Shown: positions 43,641 through 59,400 of the stretch, piece by piece | How positions within the stretch are numbered: the first letter of the stretch is position 1 | Layout: every line of letters starts with the position of its first letter | Notes under the pieces: model-generated | Seen by the model: the letters and a program-made list of their open reading frames with translations, nothing else | What the model was told of the DNA's origin: nothing | Databases searched by the model: none | Made by a program: the position numbers and the translations under genes | From: the human T2T-CHM13v2.0 reference genome, Homo sapiens | DNA: 64,000 bases | Strand: one strand, 5' to 3' | Assembly: GCF_009914755.1 (NCBI RefSeq) | Contig: NC_060939.1

Positions 43641-46420
43641 CAATTCCATTCCATTCCATTACATTACATTCCACTTGATTCCTCTCCATTCCCTTCCACT
43701 GCATTCCGTTCGATTCCATTCCATTGCATTGCATTCCATTCCATTGGATTGCATTCCATTCGATTCCATTCCATTCGAATCAATTACATAGCAATCCATT
43801 ACATTCGAGTCTATTCTCTTCCGTTCCATTCGATTTCGTTCCAATCCATTCGATTCCATTCCATTCGATTCCATTCCATACTATTGCATTCCATTCGATT
43901 ACATTATATTCGAATAAGTTCCATTCAAGACCATTTCTTTTGAGTCCATTCTATTTGAGTCCATTCCCTTTGATTCCATAACATTTGAGTCCATTCAATT
44001 CCATTCCTTTCGTTTCCATTCCATTTGATGCCATTCCATTCAATTCTGTTCTACTCGACTCCAATACATTCAATTCCATTCCATCCGATTCCATTACATT
44101 CTTTTCATTTCTTATCCATTTCAAGCCATTCCACTCCATTCCATTCCACTCGTTTCCTTTCCATTCGAGTCCATTCCTCTCCAGTCCATTCCGTTCAATC
44201 CATTCCATTCCAGTCCATTCCATTCGAGTCCGTTCCATTCCAGTCCATTCCATTCGAGTCAATTCCATTCCATTCGATGTCTTTCCATAACGATCCATTC
44301 CATTCTATTCCTTTCGATTCCATTCCATTCTATTTCATTCCATTCGATTCCCTTCCATTGGACTCCTTTCCATTCGAGTGCATTCCATTCCGTTCCATTT
44401 CTTTCCGTTCTGTACGATTCCTACCGTTCGATTTCATTTTGTTCCAGTCCATTCCTTTCGCGTCCATTCCATTCCATTTCACTCCATTCGATTCCATTCC
44501 ACTCGATTCCACTTCGTTCCATTTCATTGCATTCCATTCTATTCAACTCTATTGCCTTCCATTCCATTCCATTCGATTACATTCCATGCGATTCCATTTG
44601 AAATCGAATCAATTACATTGCAAACCATTACTATTGAGTCCGTTTTATTCCAGTCCACTGCATTCTTGTCCATTCCATTTGATTCCATTCCATTCTATTC
44701 CATTCCATACAGTTGCATTCCATTGGATTCCATGCTATATCTATAAATTCAATTCGAGACCATTGCTTTTGAGTCCATTCTATATGATTCCATTCCATTC
44801 AAGTCCATTACATTTGGTTCAATTCCATTCCATTCCATTCCCTTTCATTCCATTCCATTTGATATCAATCCATTCGATTCCATTCCATTCGAGCACATTC
44901 CATTCGAGTCCATTCCATTCGATGCCATTCCATTTGATTCTATTCCATTAGTCTCCATTCAATTCCATTAATCTCCATTCCATTCCATTCTACTCCAACT
45001 GATTCCATTCCATTCTATTCCTTTCCATTCCATTTCATTCCATTCCATTCCATTTCATTCCGTTCCATTCCACTCGTGTCCATTCCACTCCAGTCCATTC
45101 CATTCGTGTCCATTCCATTCCAGTCCATTCCATTTGTGTCCACTGCATTCCATTCCACTCCATTCCATATTATTCCATTACACTCCATTCCATTCTATTA
45201 CTTTCATTTCCATTCAATTCCATTCCATTTGATTCCATTCCACTCGGTTTCATTCCATTTGAGTCCACTCCATTCCATTCCATTCCATTCCATTCAGTTC
45301 CATTCCATTCCGTTCCATTACATTCCATTCCATTCGGTACCATTCCATATTGTTCCATTCGATTCCATTCGAATCCATTCCATTCCAGTCCATTCCATTC
45401 GATTCCATTCCATTCATTTCAATTCCATTCCATTCCATTCCATTCCATTCCACTTGATTCCTCTCCATTCCCTTCCACTGCATTCCGTTCGATTCCATTC
45501 CATTGCATTGCATTCCATTCCTTTGGATTGCATTCCATTCGATTCCATTCCATTCGAATCAATTACATAGCAATCCATTACATTCGAGTCTATTCTATTC
45601 CGTTCCATTCGATTTCGTTCCAATCCATTCGATTCCATTCCATTCGATTCCATTCCATACTATTGCATTCCATTCGATTACATTATATTCGAATAAGTTC
45701 CATTCAAGACCATTTCTTTTGAGTCCATTCTATTTGAGTCCATTCCCTTTGATTCCATAACATTTGAGTCCATTCAATTCCATTCCTTTCGTTTCCATTG
45801 CATTTGATGCCATTCCATTCAATTCTGTTCTACTCGACTCCAATACATTCAATTCCATTCCATCCGATTCCATTACATTCTTTTCATTTCTTATCCATTT
45901 CAAGCCATTCCACTCCATTCCATTCCACTCGTTTCCTTTCCATTCGAGTCCATTCCTCTCCAGTCCATTCCGTTCAATCCATTCCATTCCAGTCCATTCC
46001 ATTCGAGTCCGTTCCATTCCAGTCCATTCCATTCGAGTCAATTCCATCCCATTCGATGTCTTTCCATAACGATCTATTCCATTCTATTCCTTTCGATTCC
46101 ATTCCATTCTATTTCATTCCATTCGATTCCCTTCCATTGGACTCCTTTCCATTCGAGTGCATTCCATTCCGTTCCATTTCTTTCCGTTCTGTACGATTCC
46201 TACCGTTCGATTTCATTTTGTTCCAGTCCATTCCTTTCGCGTCCATTCCATTCCATTTCACTCCATTCGATTCCATTCCACTCGATTCCACTTCGTTCCA
46301 TTTCATTGCATTCCATTCTATTCAACTCTATTGCCTTCCATTCCATTCCATTCGATTACATTCCATGCGATTCCATTCGAAATCGAATCAATTACATTGC
46401 AATCCATTACTATTGAGTCC

Positions 46421-47470
46421 ATTTTATTCCAGTCCACTGCATTCTGGTCCATTCCATTTGATTCCATTCCATTCTATTCCATTCCATACAGTTGCATTCC
46501 ATTGAACTCCATTGTATATCTATAAATTCAATTCGAGACCATTGCTTTTGAGTCCATTCTATATGATTCCATTCCATTCAAGTCCATTACATTTGGTTCA
46601 ATTCCATTCCATTCCATTCCCTTCCATTCCATTCCAGTTGATATCAATCCATTCGATTCCATTCCATTCGAGCACATTCCATTCGAGTCCATTCCATTCG
46701 ATGCCATTCCATTTGATTCTATTCCATTAGTCTCCATTCAATTCCATTAATCTCCATTCCATTCCATTCTACTCCAACTGATTCCATTCCATTCTATTCC
46801 TTTCCATTCCATTTCATTCCATTCCATTCCATTTCATTCCATTCCATTCCATTCCATTCCATTCGCTTCCATTCCATTCGTGTCCATTGCATTCCAGTCC
46901 ATTCCGTTTGTGTCCACTGCATTCCATTCCACTCCATTCCATATTATTCCATTACACTCCATTCCATTCTGTTACTTTCATTTCCATTGAATTCCATTCC
47001 ATTTGATTCCATTCCACTCGGTTTCATTCCATTTGAGTCCACTCCACTCCATTCCATTCCATTCCATTCCATTCAGTTCCATTCCATTCTGTTCCATTCC
47101 ATTCCGTTCCATTGCATTCCATTCCATTCGGTACCATTCCATATTGTTCCATTCGATTCCATTCGAATCCATTCCATTCCAGTCCATTCCATTCGATTCC
47201 ATTCCATTCCTTTCAATTCCATTCCATTCCATTCCATTCCACTTGATTCCACTCCATTCCCTTCCACTGCATTCCATTGCATTGCATTCCATTCCATTGG
47301 ACTGCATTCCATTCGATTCCATTCCATTCGAATCAATTACATAGCAATCCATTACATTCGAGTCTATTCTATTGCGTTCCATTCGATTTCGTTCCAATCC
47401 ATTCGATTCCATTCCATTCGATTCCATTCCATACTATTGCATTCCATTCTATTACATTATATTCGAAAAA
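46421..47470 (+). repeat. Diverged subtype C segment, copy 2
   Basis: Same private states as 32090-33670 at offset 14331, plus ATTGAACTCC and CGAAAAAG. Confidence 0.85.
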
Positions 47471-50400
47471 GTTCCATTCAAGACCATTTCTTTTGAGTCC
47501 ATTCTATTTGAGTCCATTCCCTTTGATTCCATAACATTTGAGTCCATTCAATTCCATTCCTTTCGTTTCCATTCCATTTGATGCCATTCCATTCAATTCT
47601 GTTCTACTCGACTCCAATACATTCAATTCCATTCCATCCGATTCCATTACATTCTTTTCATTTCTTATCCATTTCAAGCCATTCCACTCCATTCCATTCC
47701 ACTCGTTTCCTTTCCATTCGAGTCCATTCCTCTCCAGTCCATTCCGTTCAATCCATTCCATTCCAGTCCATTCCATTCGAGTCCGTTCCATTCCAGTCCA
47801 TTCCATTCGAGTCAATTCCATCCCATTCGATGTCTTTCCATAACGATCCATTCCATTCTATTCCTTTCGATTCCATTCCATTCTATTTCATTCCATTCGA
47901 TTCCCTTCCATTGGACTCCTTTCCATTGGAGTGCATTCCATTCCGTTCCATTTCTTTCCGTTCTGTACGATTCCTACCGTTCGATTTCATTTTGTTCCAG
48001 TCCATTCTTTCGCGTCCATTCCATTCCATTTCACTCCATTCGATTCCATTCCACTCGATTCCACTTCGTTCCATTTCATTGCATTCCATTCTATTCAACT
48101 CTATTGCCTTCCATTCCATTCCATTCGATTACATTCCATGCGATTCCATTCGAAATCGAATCAATTACATTGCAATCCATTACTATTGAGTCCGTTTTAT
48201 TCCAGTCCACTGCATTCTGGTCCATTCCATTTGATTCCATTCCATTCTATTCCATTCCATACAGTTGCATTCCATTGGATTCCATGCTATATCTATAAAT
48301 TCAATTCGAGACCATTGCTTTTGAGTCCATTCTATATGATTCCATTCCATTCAAGTCCATTACATTTGGTTAAATTCCATTCCATTCGGTTCCATTCCAT
48401 TCCATTCCATTCCCTTCCATTCCATTCCAGTTGATATCAATCCATTCGATTCCATTCCATTCGAGCACATTCCATTCGAGTCCATTCCATTCGATGCCAT
48501 TCCATTTGATTCTATTCCATTAGTCTCCATTCAATTCCATTAATCTCCATTCCATTCCATTCTACTCCAACTGATTCCATTCCATTCTATTCCTTTCCAT
48601 TCCATTTCATTCCATTCCATTCCATTCCATTCGTGTCCATTCCACTCCAGTCCATTCCATTCGTATCCATTCCATTCCAGTCCATTCCATTTGTGTCCAC
48701 TGCATTCCATTCCACTCCATTCCATATTATTCCATTACACTCCATTCCATTCTATTACTTTCATTTCCATTCAATTCCATTCCATTTGATTCCATTCCAC
48801 TCGGTTTCATTCCATTTGAGTCCACTCCATTCCATTCCATTCCATTCAGTTCCATTCCATTCTGTTCCATTCCATTCCGTTCCATTACATTCCATTCCAT
48901 TCGGTACCATTCCATATTGTTCCATTCGATTCCATTCGAATCCATTCCATTCCAGTCCATTCCATTCGATTCCATTCCATTCCTTTCAATTCCATTCCAT
49001 TCCATTCCATTACATTCCACTTGATTCCTCTCCATTCCCTTCCACTGCATTCCGTTCGATTCCATTCCATTGCATTGCATTCCATTCCATTGGATTGCAT
49101 TCCATTCGATTCCATTCCATTCGAATCAATTACATAGCAATCCATTACATTCGAGTCTATTCTCTTCCGTTCCATTCGATTTCGTTCCAATCCATTCGAT
49201 TCCATTCCATTCGATTCCATTCCATACTATTGCATTCCATTCTATTACATTATATTCGAATAAGTTCCATTCAAGACCATTTCTTTTGAGTCCATTCTAT
49301 TTGAGTCCATTCCCTTTGATTCCATAACATTTGAGTCCATTCAATTCCATTCCTTTCGTTTCCATTCCATTTGATGCCATTCCATTCAATTCTGTTCTAC
49401 TCGACTCCAATACATTCAATTCCATTCCATCCGATTCCATTACATTCTTTTCATTTCTTATCCATTTCAAGCAATTCCACTCCATTCCATTCCACTCGTT
49501 TCCTTTCCATTCGAGTCCATTCCTCTCCAGTCCATTCCGTTCAATCCATTCCATTCCAGTCCATTCCATTCGAGTCCGTTCCATTCCAGTCCATTCCATT
49601 CGAGTCAATTCCATTCCATTCGATGTCTTTCCATAACGATCCATTCCATTCTATTCCTTTCGATTCCATTCCATTCTATTTCATTCCATTCGATTCCCTT
49701 CCATTGGACTCCTTTCCATTCGAGTGCATTCCATTCCGTTCCATTTCTTTCCGTTCTGTACGATTCCTACCGTTCGATTTCATTTTGTTCCAGTCCATTC
49801 TTTCGCGTCCATTCCATTCCATTTCACTCCATTCGATTCCATTCCACTCGATTCCACTTCGTTCCATTTCATTGCATTCCATTCTATTCAACTCTATTGC
49901 CTTCCATTCCATTCCATTCGATTACATTCCATGCGATTCCGTTCGAAATCGAATCAATTACATTGCAATCCATTACTATTGAGTCCATTTTATTCCAGTC
50001 CACTGCATTCTGGTCCATTCCATTTGATTCCATTCCATTCTATTCCATTCCATACAGTTGCATTCCATTGGATTCCATGCTATATCTATAAATTCAATTC
50101 GAGACCATTGCTTTTGAGTCCATTCTATATGATTCCATTCCATTCAAGTCCATTACATTTGGTTAAATTCCATTCCATTCGGTTCAATTCCATTCCATTC
50201 CATTCCCTTCCATTCCATTCCAGTTGATATCAATCCATTCGATTCCATTCCATTCGAGCACATTCCATTCGAGTCCATTCCATTCGATGCCATTCCATTT
50301 GATTCTATTCCATTAGTCTCCATTCAATTCCATTAATCTCCATTCCATTCCATTCTACTCCAACTGATTCCATTCCATTCTATTCTTTTCCATTCCATTT

Positions 50401-53400
50401 CATTCCATTCCATTCAATTCCATTCCATTCCATTCCATTCGTGTCCATTCCACTCCAGTCCATTCCATTGGTAACCATTCCATTCCAGTCCATTCCATTT
50501 GTGTCCACTGCATTCCATTCCACTCCATTCCATATTATTCCATTACACTCCATTCCATTCTATTACTTTCATTTCCATTCAATTCCATTCCATTTGATTC
50601 CATTCCACTCGGTTTCATTCCATTTGAGTCCACTCCATTCCATTCCATTCCATTCAGTTCCATTCCATTCTGTTCCATTCCATTCCGTTCCATTACATTC
50701 CATTCCATTCGGTACCATTCCATATTGTTCCATTCGATTCCATTCGAATCCATTCCATTCCAGTCCATTCCATTCGATTCCATTCCATTCATTTCAATTC
50801 CATTCCATTCCATTCCATTACATTCCACTTGATTCCTCTCCATTCCCTTCCACTGCATTCCGTTCGATTCCATTCCATTGCATTGCATTCCATTCCATTG
50901 GATTGCATTCCATTCGATTCCATTCCATTCGAATCAATTACATAGCAATCCATTACATTCGAGTCTATTCTCTTCCGTTCCATTCGATTTCGTTCCAATC
51001 CATTCGATTCCATTCCATTCGATTCCATTCCATACTATTGCATTCCATTCGATTACATTATATTCGAATACGTTCCATTCAAGACCATTTCTTTTGAGTC
51101 CATTCTATTTGAGTCCATTCCCTTTGATTCCATAACATTTGAGTCCATTCAATTCCATTCCTTTCGTTTCCATTCCATTTGATGCCATTCCATTCAATTC
51201 TGTTCTACTCGACTCCAATACATTCAATTCCATTCCATCCGATTCCATTACATTCTTTTCATTTCTTATCCATTTCAAGCCATTCCACTCCATTCCATTC
51301 CACTCGTTTCCTTTCCATTCGAGTCCATTCCTCTCCAGTCCATTCCGTTCAATCCATTCCATTCCAGTCCATTCCATTCGAGTCCGTTCCATTCCAGTCC
51401 ATTCCATTCGAGTCAATTCCATTCCATTCGATGTCTTTCCATAACGATCCATTCCATTCTATTCCTTTCGATTCCATTCCATTCTATTTCATTCCATTCG
51501 ATTCCCTTCCATTGGACTCCTTTCCATTCGAGTGCATTCCATTCCGTTCCATTTCTTTCCGTTCTGTACGATTCCTACCGTTCGATTTCATTTTGTTCCA
51601 GTCCATTCTTTCGCGTCCATTCCATTCCATTTCACTCCATTCGATTCCATTCCACTCGATTCCACTTCGTTCCATTTCATTGCATTCCATTCTATTCAAC
51701 TCTAATGCCTTCCATTCCATTCCATTCCATTACATTCCATGCGATTCCATTCGAAATCGAATCAATTACATTGCAATCCATTACTATTGAGTCCGTTTTA
51801 TTCCAGTCCACTGCATTCTGGTCCATTCCATTTGATTCCATTCCATTCTATTCCATTCCATACAGTTGCATTCCATTGGATTCCATGCTATATCTATAAA
51901 TTCAATTCGAGACCATTGCTTTTGAGTCCATTCTATATGATTCCATTCCATTCAAGTCCATTACATTTGGTTAAATTCCATTCCATTCGGTTCAATTCCA
52001 TTCCATTCCATTCCCTTCCATTCCATTCCAGTTGATATCAATCCATTCGATTCCATTCCATTCGAGCACATTCCATTCGAGTCCATTCCATTCGATGCCA
52101 TTCCATTTGATTCTATTCCATTAGTCTCCATTCAATTCCATTAATCTCCATTCCATTCCATTCTACTCCAACTGATTCCATTCCATTCTATTCCTTTTTA
52201 TTCCATTTCATTCCATTCCATTCCATTCCATTCCATTCCATTCCATTCGTGTCCATTCCACTCCAGTCCATTCCATTCGTATCCATTCCATTCCAGTCCA
52301 TTCCATTTGTGTCCACTGCATTCCATTCCACTCCATTCCATATTATTCCATTACACTCCATTCCATTCTATTACTTTCATTTCCATTCAATTCCATTCCA
52401 TTTGATTCCATTCCACTCGGTTTCATTCCATTTGAGTCCACTCCATTCCATTCCATTCCATTCAGTTCCATTCCATTCTGTTCCATTCCATTCCGTTCCG
52501 TTACATTCCATTCCATTCGGTACCATTCCATATTGTTCCATTCGATTCCATTCGAATCCATTCCATTCCAGTCCATTCCATTCGATTCCATTCCATTCAT
52601 TTCAATTCCATTCCATTCCATTCCATTACATTCCACTTGATTCCTCTCCATTCACTTCCACTGCATTCCGTTCGATTCCATTCCATTGCATTGCATTCCA
52701 TTCCATTGGATTGCATTCCATTCGATTCCATTCCATTCGAATCAATTACATAGCAATCCATTACATTCGAGTCTATTCTCTTCCGTTCCATTCGATTTCG
52801 TTCCAATCCATTCGATTCCATTCCATTCGATTCCATTCCATACTATTGCATTTCATTCGATTACATTATATTCGAATAAGTTCCATTCAAGACCATTTCT
52901 TTTGAGTCCATTCTATTTGAGTCCATTCCCTTTGAATCCATAACATTTGAGTCCATTCAATTCCATTCCTTTCGTTTTCATTCCATTTGATGCCATTCCA
53001 TTCAATTCTGTTCTACTCGACTCCAATACATTCAATTCCATTCCATCCGATTCCATTACATTCTTTTCATTTCTTATCCATTTCAAGCCATTCCACTCCA
53101 TTCCATTCCACTCGTTTCCTTTCCATTCGAGTCCATTCCTCTCCAGTCCATTCCGTTCAATCCATTCCATTCCAGTCCATTCCATTCGAGTCCGTTCCAT
53201 TCCAGTCCATTCCATTCGAGTCAATTCCATTCCATTCGATGTCTTTCCATAACGATCCATTCCATTCTATTCCTTTCGATTCCATTCCATTCTATTTCAT
53301 TCCATTCGATTCCCTTCCATTGGACTCCTTTCCATTCGAGTGCATTCCATTCCGTTCCATTTCTTTCCGTTCTTTACGATTCCTACCGTTCGATTTCATT

Positions 53401-56400
53401 TTGTTCCAGTCCATTCTTTCGCGTCCATTCCATTCCATTTCACTCCATTCGATTCCATTCCACTCGATTCCACTTCGTTCCATTTCATTGCATTCCATTC
53501 TATTCAACTCTATTGCCTTCCATTCCATTCCATTCCATTACATTCCATGCGATTCCATTCGAAATCGAATCAATTACATTGCAATCCATTACTATTGAGT
53601 CCGTTTTATTCCAGTCCACTGCATTCTGGTCCATTCCATTTGATTCCATTCCATTCTATTCCATTGCATACAGTTGCATTCCATTGGATTCCATGCTATA
53701 TCTATAAATTCAATTCGAGACCATTGCTTTTGAGTCCATTCTATATGATTCCATTCCATTCAAGTCCATTACATTTGGTTAAATTCCATTCCATTCGGTT
53801 CAATTCCATTCCATTCCATTCCCTTCCATTCCATTCCAGTTGATATCAATCCATTCGATTCCATTCCATTCGAGCACATTCCATTCGAGTCCATTCCATT
53901 CGATGCCATTCCATTTGATTCTATTCCATTAGTCTCCATTCAATTCCATTAATCTCCATTCCATTCCATTCTACTCCAACTGATTCCATTCCATTCTATT
54001 CTTTTCCATTCCATTTCATTCCATTCCATTCCATTCCATTCCATTCCATTCCATTCGTGTCCATTCCACTCCAGTCCATTCCATTCGTATCCATTCCATT
54101 CCAGTCCATTCCATTTGTGTCCACTGCATTCCATTCCACTCCATTCCATATTATTCCATTACACTCCATTCCATTCTATTACTTTCATTTCCATTCAATT
54201 CCATTCCATTTGATTCCATTCCACTCGGTTTCATTCCATTTGAGTCCACTCCATTCCATTCCATTCCATTCAGTTCCATTCCATTCTGTTCCATTCCATT
54301 CCGTTCCATTACATTCCATTCCATTCGGTATCATTCCATATTGTTCCATTCGATTCCATTCGAATCCATTCCATTCCAGTCCATTCCATTCGATTCCATT
54401 CCATTCATTTCAATTCCATTCCATTCCATTCCATTACATTCCACTTGATTCCTCTCCATTCCCTTCCACTGCATTCCGTTCAATTCCATTCCATTGCATT
54501 GCATTCCATTCCATTGGATTGCATTCCATTCGATTCCATTCCATTCGAATCAATTACATAGCAATCCATTACATTCGAGTCTATTCTCTTCCGTTCCATT
54601 CGATTTCGTTCCAATCCATTCGATTCCATTCCATTCGATTCCATTCCATACTATTGCATTCCATTCGATTACATTATATTCGAATACGTTCCATTCAAGA
54701 CCATTTCTTTTGAGTCCATTCTATTTGAGTCCATTCCCTTTGATTCCATAACATTTGAGTCCATTCAATTCCATTCCTTTCGTTTCCATTCCATTTGATG
54801 CCATTCCATTCAATTCTGTTCTACTCGACTCCAATACATTCAATTCCATTCCATCCGATTCCATTACATTCTTTTCATTTCTTATCCATTTCAAGCCATT
54901 CCACTCCATTCCATTCCACTCGTTTCCTTTCCATTCGAGTCCATTCCTCTCCAGTCCATTCCGTTCAATCCATTCCATTCCAGTCCATTCCATTCGAGTC
55001 CGTTCCATTCCAGTCCATTCCATTCGAGTCAATTCCATTCCATTCGATGTCTTTCCATAACGATCCATTCCATTCTATTCCTTTCGATTCCATTCCATTC
55101 TATTTCATTCCATTCGATTCCCTTCCATTGGACTCCTTTCCATTCGAGTGCATTCCATTCCGTTCCATTTCTTTCCGTTCTGTACGATTCCTACCGTTCG
55201 ATTTCATTTTGTTCCAGTCCATTCTTTCGCGTCCATTCCATTCCATTTCACTCCATTCGATTCCATTCCACTCGATTCCACTTCGTTCCATTTCATTGCA
55301 TTCCATTCTATTCAACTCTATTGCCTTCCATTCCATTCCATTCGATTACATTCCATGCGATTCCATTCGAAATCGAATCAATTACATTGCAATCCATTAC
55401 TATTGAGTCCGTTTTATTCCAGTCCACTGCATTCTGGTCCATTCCATTTGATTCCATTCCATTCTATTCCATTCCATACAGTTGCATTCCATTGGATTCC
55501 ATGCTATATCTATGAATTCAATTCGAGACCATTGCTTTTGAGTCCATTCTATATGATTCCATTCCATTCAAGTCCATTACATTTGGTTAAATTCAATTCC
55601 ATTCGGTTCAATTCCATTCCATTCCATTCCCTTCCATTCCATTCCAGTTGATATCAATCCATTCGATTCCATTCCATTCGAGCACATTCCATTCGAGTCC
55701 ATTCCATTCGATGCCATTCCATTTGATTCTATTCCATTAGTCTCCATTCAATTCCATTAATCTCCATTCCATTCCATTCTACTCCAACTGATTCCATTCC
55801 ATTCTATTCCTTTCCATTCCATTTCATTCCATTCCATTCCATTCCATTCCATTCCATTCCATTCGTGTCCATTCCACTCCAGTCCATTCCATTCGTATCC
55901 ATTCCATTCCAGTCCATTCCATTTGTGTCCACTGCATTCCATTCCACTCCATTCCATATTATTCCATTACACTCCCTTCCATTCTATTACTTTCATTTCC
56001 ATTCAATTCCATTCCATTTGATTCCATTCCACTCGGTTTCATTCCATTTGAGTCCACTCCATTCCATTCCATTCCATTCAGTTCCATTCCATTCCGTTCC
56101 ATTACATTCCATTCCATTCGGTACCATTCCATATTGTTCCATTCGATTGCATTCGAATCCATTCCATTCCAGTCCATTCCATTCGATTCCATTCCATTCC
56201 TTTCAATTCCATTCCATTCCATTCCATTACATTCCACTTGATTCCTCTCCATTCCCTTCCACTGCATTCCGTTCGATTCCATTCCATTGCATTGCATTCC
56301 ATTCCATTGGATTGCATTCCATTCGATTCCATTCCATTCGAATCAATTACATAGCAATCCATTACATTCGAGTCTATTCTCTTCCGTTCCATTCGATTTC

Positions 56401-59400
56401 GTTCCAATCCATTCGATTCCATTCCATTCGATTCCATTCCATACTATTGCATTCCATTCGATTACATTATATTCGAATAAGTTCCATTCAAGACCATTTC
56501 TTTTGAGTCCATTCTATTTGAGTCCATTCCCTTTGATTCCATAACATTTGAGTCCATTCAATTCCATTCCTTTCGTTTCCATTCCATTTGATGCCATTCC
56601 ATTCAATTCTGTTCTACTCGACTCCAATACATTCAATTCCATTCCATCCGATTCCATTACATTCTTTTCATTTCTTATCCATTTCAAGCCATTCCACTCC
56701 ATTCCATTCCACTCGTTTCCTTTCCATTCGAGTCCATTCCTCTCCAGTCCATTCCGTTCAATCCATTCCATTCCAGTCCATTCCATTCGAGTCCATTCCA
56801 TTCCAGTCCATTCCATTCGAGTCAATTCCATTCCATTCGATGTCTTTCCATAACGATCCATTCCATTCTATTCCTTTCGATTCCATTCCATTCTATTTCA
56901 TTCCATTCGATTCCCTTCCATTGGACTCCTTTCCATTCGAGTGCATTCCATTCCATTCCATTTCTTTCCGTTCTGTACGATTCCTACCGTTCGATTTCAT
57001 TTTGTTCCAGTCCATTCTTTCGCGTCCATTCCATTCCATTTCACTCCATTCGATTCCATTCCACTCGATTCCACTTCGTTCCATTTCATTGCATTCCATT
57101 CTATTCAACTCTATTGCCTTCCATTCCATTCCATTCGATTACATTCCATGCGATTCCATTCGAAATCGAATCAATTACATTGCAATCCATTACTATTGAG
57201 TCCGTTTTATTCCAGTCCACTGCATTCTGGTCCATTCCATTTGATTCCATTCCATTCTATTCCATTCCATACAGTTGCATTCCATTGGATTCCATGCTAT
57301 ATCTATAAATTCAATTCGAGACCATTGCTTTTGAGTCCATTCTATATGATTCCATTCCATTCAAGTCCATTACATTTGGTTAAATTCCAATCCATTCGGT
57401 TCAATTCCATTCCATTCCATTCCCTTCCATTCCATTCCAGTTGATATCAATCCATTCGATTCCATTCCATTCGAGCACATTCCATTCGAGTCCATTCCAT
57501 TCGATGCCATTCCATTTGATTCTATTCCATTAGTCTCCATTCAATTCCATTAATCTCCATTCCATTCCATTCTACTCCAACTGATTCCATTCCATTCTAT
57601 TCCTTTCCATTCCATTTCATTCCATTCCATTCCATTCCATTCCATTCGTGTCCATTCCACTCCAGTCCATTCCATTCGTATCCATTCCATTCCAGTCCAT
57701 TCCATTTGTGTCCACTGCATTCCATTCCACTCCATTCCATATTATTCCATTACACTCCATTCCATTCTATTACTTTCATTTCCATTCAATTCCATTCCAT
57801 TTGATTCCATTCCACTCGGTTTCATTCCATTTGAGTCCACTCCATTCCATTCCATTCCATTCAGTTCCATTCCATTCTGTTCCATTCCATTCCGTTCCAT
57901 TACATTCCATTCCATTCGGTACCATTCCATATTGTTCCATTCGATTCCATTCGAATCCATTCCATTCCAGTCCATTCCATTCGATTCCATTCCATTCATT
58001 TCAATTCCATTCCATTCCATTCCATTACATTCCACTTGATTCCTCTCCATTCCCTTCCACTGCATTCCGTTCGATTCCATTCCATTGCATTGCATTCCAT
58101 TCCATTGGATTGCATTCCATTCGATTCCATTCCATTCGAATCAATTACATAGCAATCCATTACATTCGAGTCTATTCTCTTCCGTTCCATTCGATTTCGT
58201 TCCAATCCATTCGATTCCATTCCATTCGATTCCATTCCATACTATTGCATTCCATTCGATTACATTATATTCGAATAATTTCCATTCAAGACCATTTCAT
58301 TTGAGTCCATTCTATTTGAGTCCATTCCCTTTGATTCCATAACATTTGAGTCCATTCAATTCCATTCCTTTCGTTTCCATTCCATTTGATGCCATTCCAT
58401 TCAATTCTGTTCTACTCGACTCCAATACATTCAATTCCATTCCATCCGATTCCATTACATTCTTTTCATTTCTTATCCATTTCAAGCCATTCCACTCCAT
58501 TCCATTCCACTCGTTTCCTTTCCATTCGAGTCCATTCCTCTCCAGTCCATTCCGTTCAATCCATTCCATTCCAGTCCATTCCATTCGAGTCCGTTCCATT
58601 CCAGTCCATTCCATTCGAGTCAATTCCATTCCATTCGATGTCTTTCCATAACGATCCATTCCATTCTATTCCTTTCGACTCCATTCCATTCTATTTCATT
58701 CCATTCGATTCCCTTCCATTGGACTCCTTTCCATTCGAGTGCATTCCATTCCGTTCCATTTCTTTCCGTTCTGTACGATTCCTACCGTTCGATTTCATTT
58801 TGTTCCAGTCCATTCCTTTCGCGTCCATTCCATTCCATTTCACTCCATTCGATTCCATTCCACTCGATTCCACTTCGTTCCATTTCATTGCATTCCATTC
58901 TATTCAACTCTATTGCCTTCCATTCCATTCCATTCGATTACATTCCATGCGATTCCATTCGAAATCGAATCAATTACATTGCAAACCATTACTATTGAGT
59001 CCGTTTTATTCCAGTCCACTGCATTCTTGTCCATTCCATTTGATTCCATTCCATTCTATTCCATTCCATACAGTTGCATTCCATTGGATTCCATGCTATA
59101 TCTATAAATTCAATTCGAGACCATTGCTTTTGAGTCCATTCTATATGATTCCATTCCATTCAAGTCCATTACATTTGGTTCAATTCCATTCCATTCCATT
59201 CCCTTTCATTCCATTCCATTTGATATCAATCCATTCGATTCCATTCCATTCGAGCACATTCCATTCGAGTCCATTCCATTCGATGCCATTCCATTTGATT
59301 CTATTCCATTTGTCTCCATTCAATTCCATTAATCTCCATTCCATTCCATTCTACTCCAACTGATTCCATTCCATTCTATTCCTTTCCATTCCATTTCATT

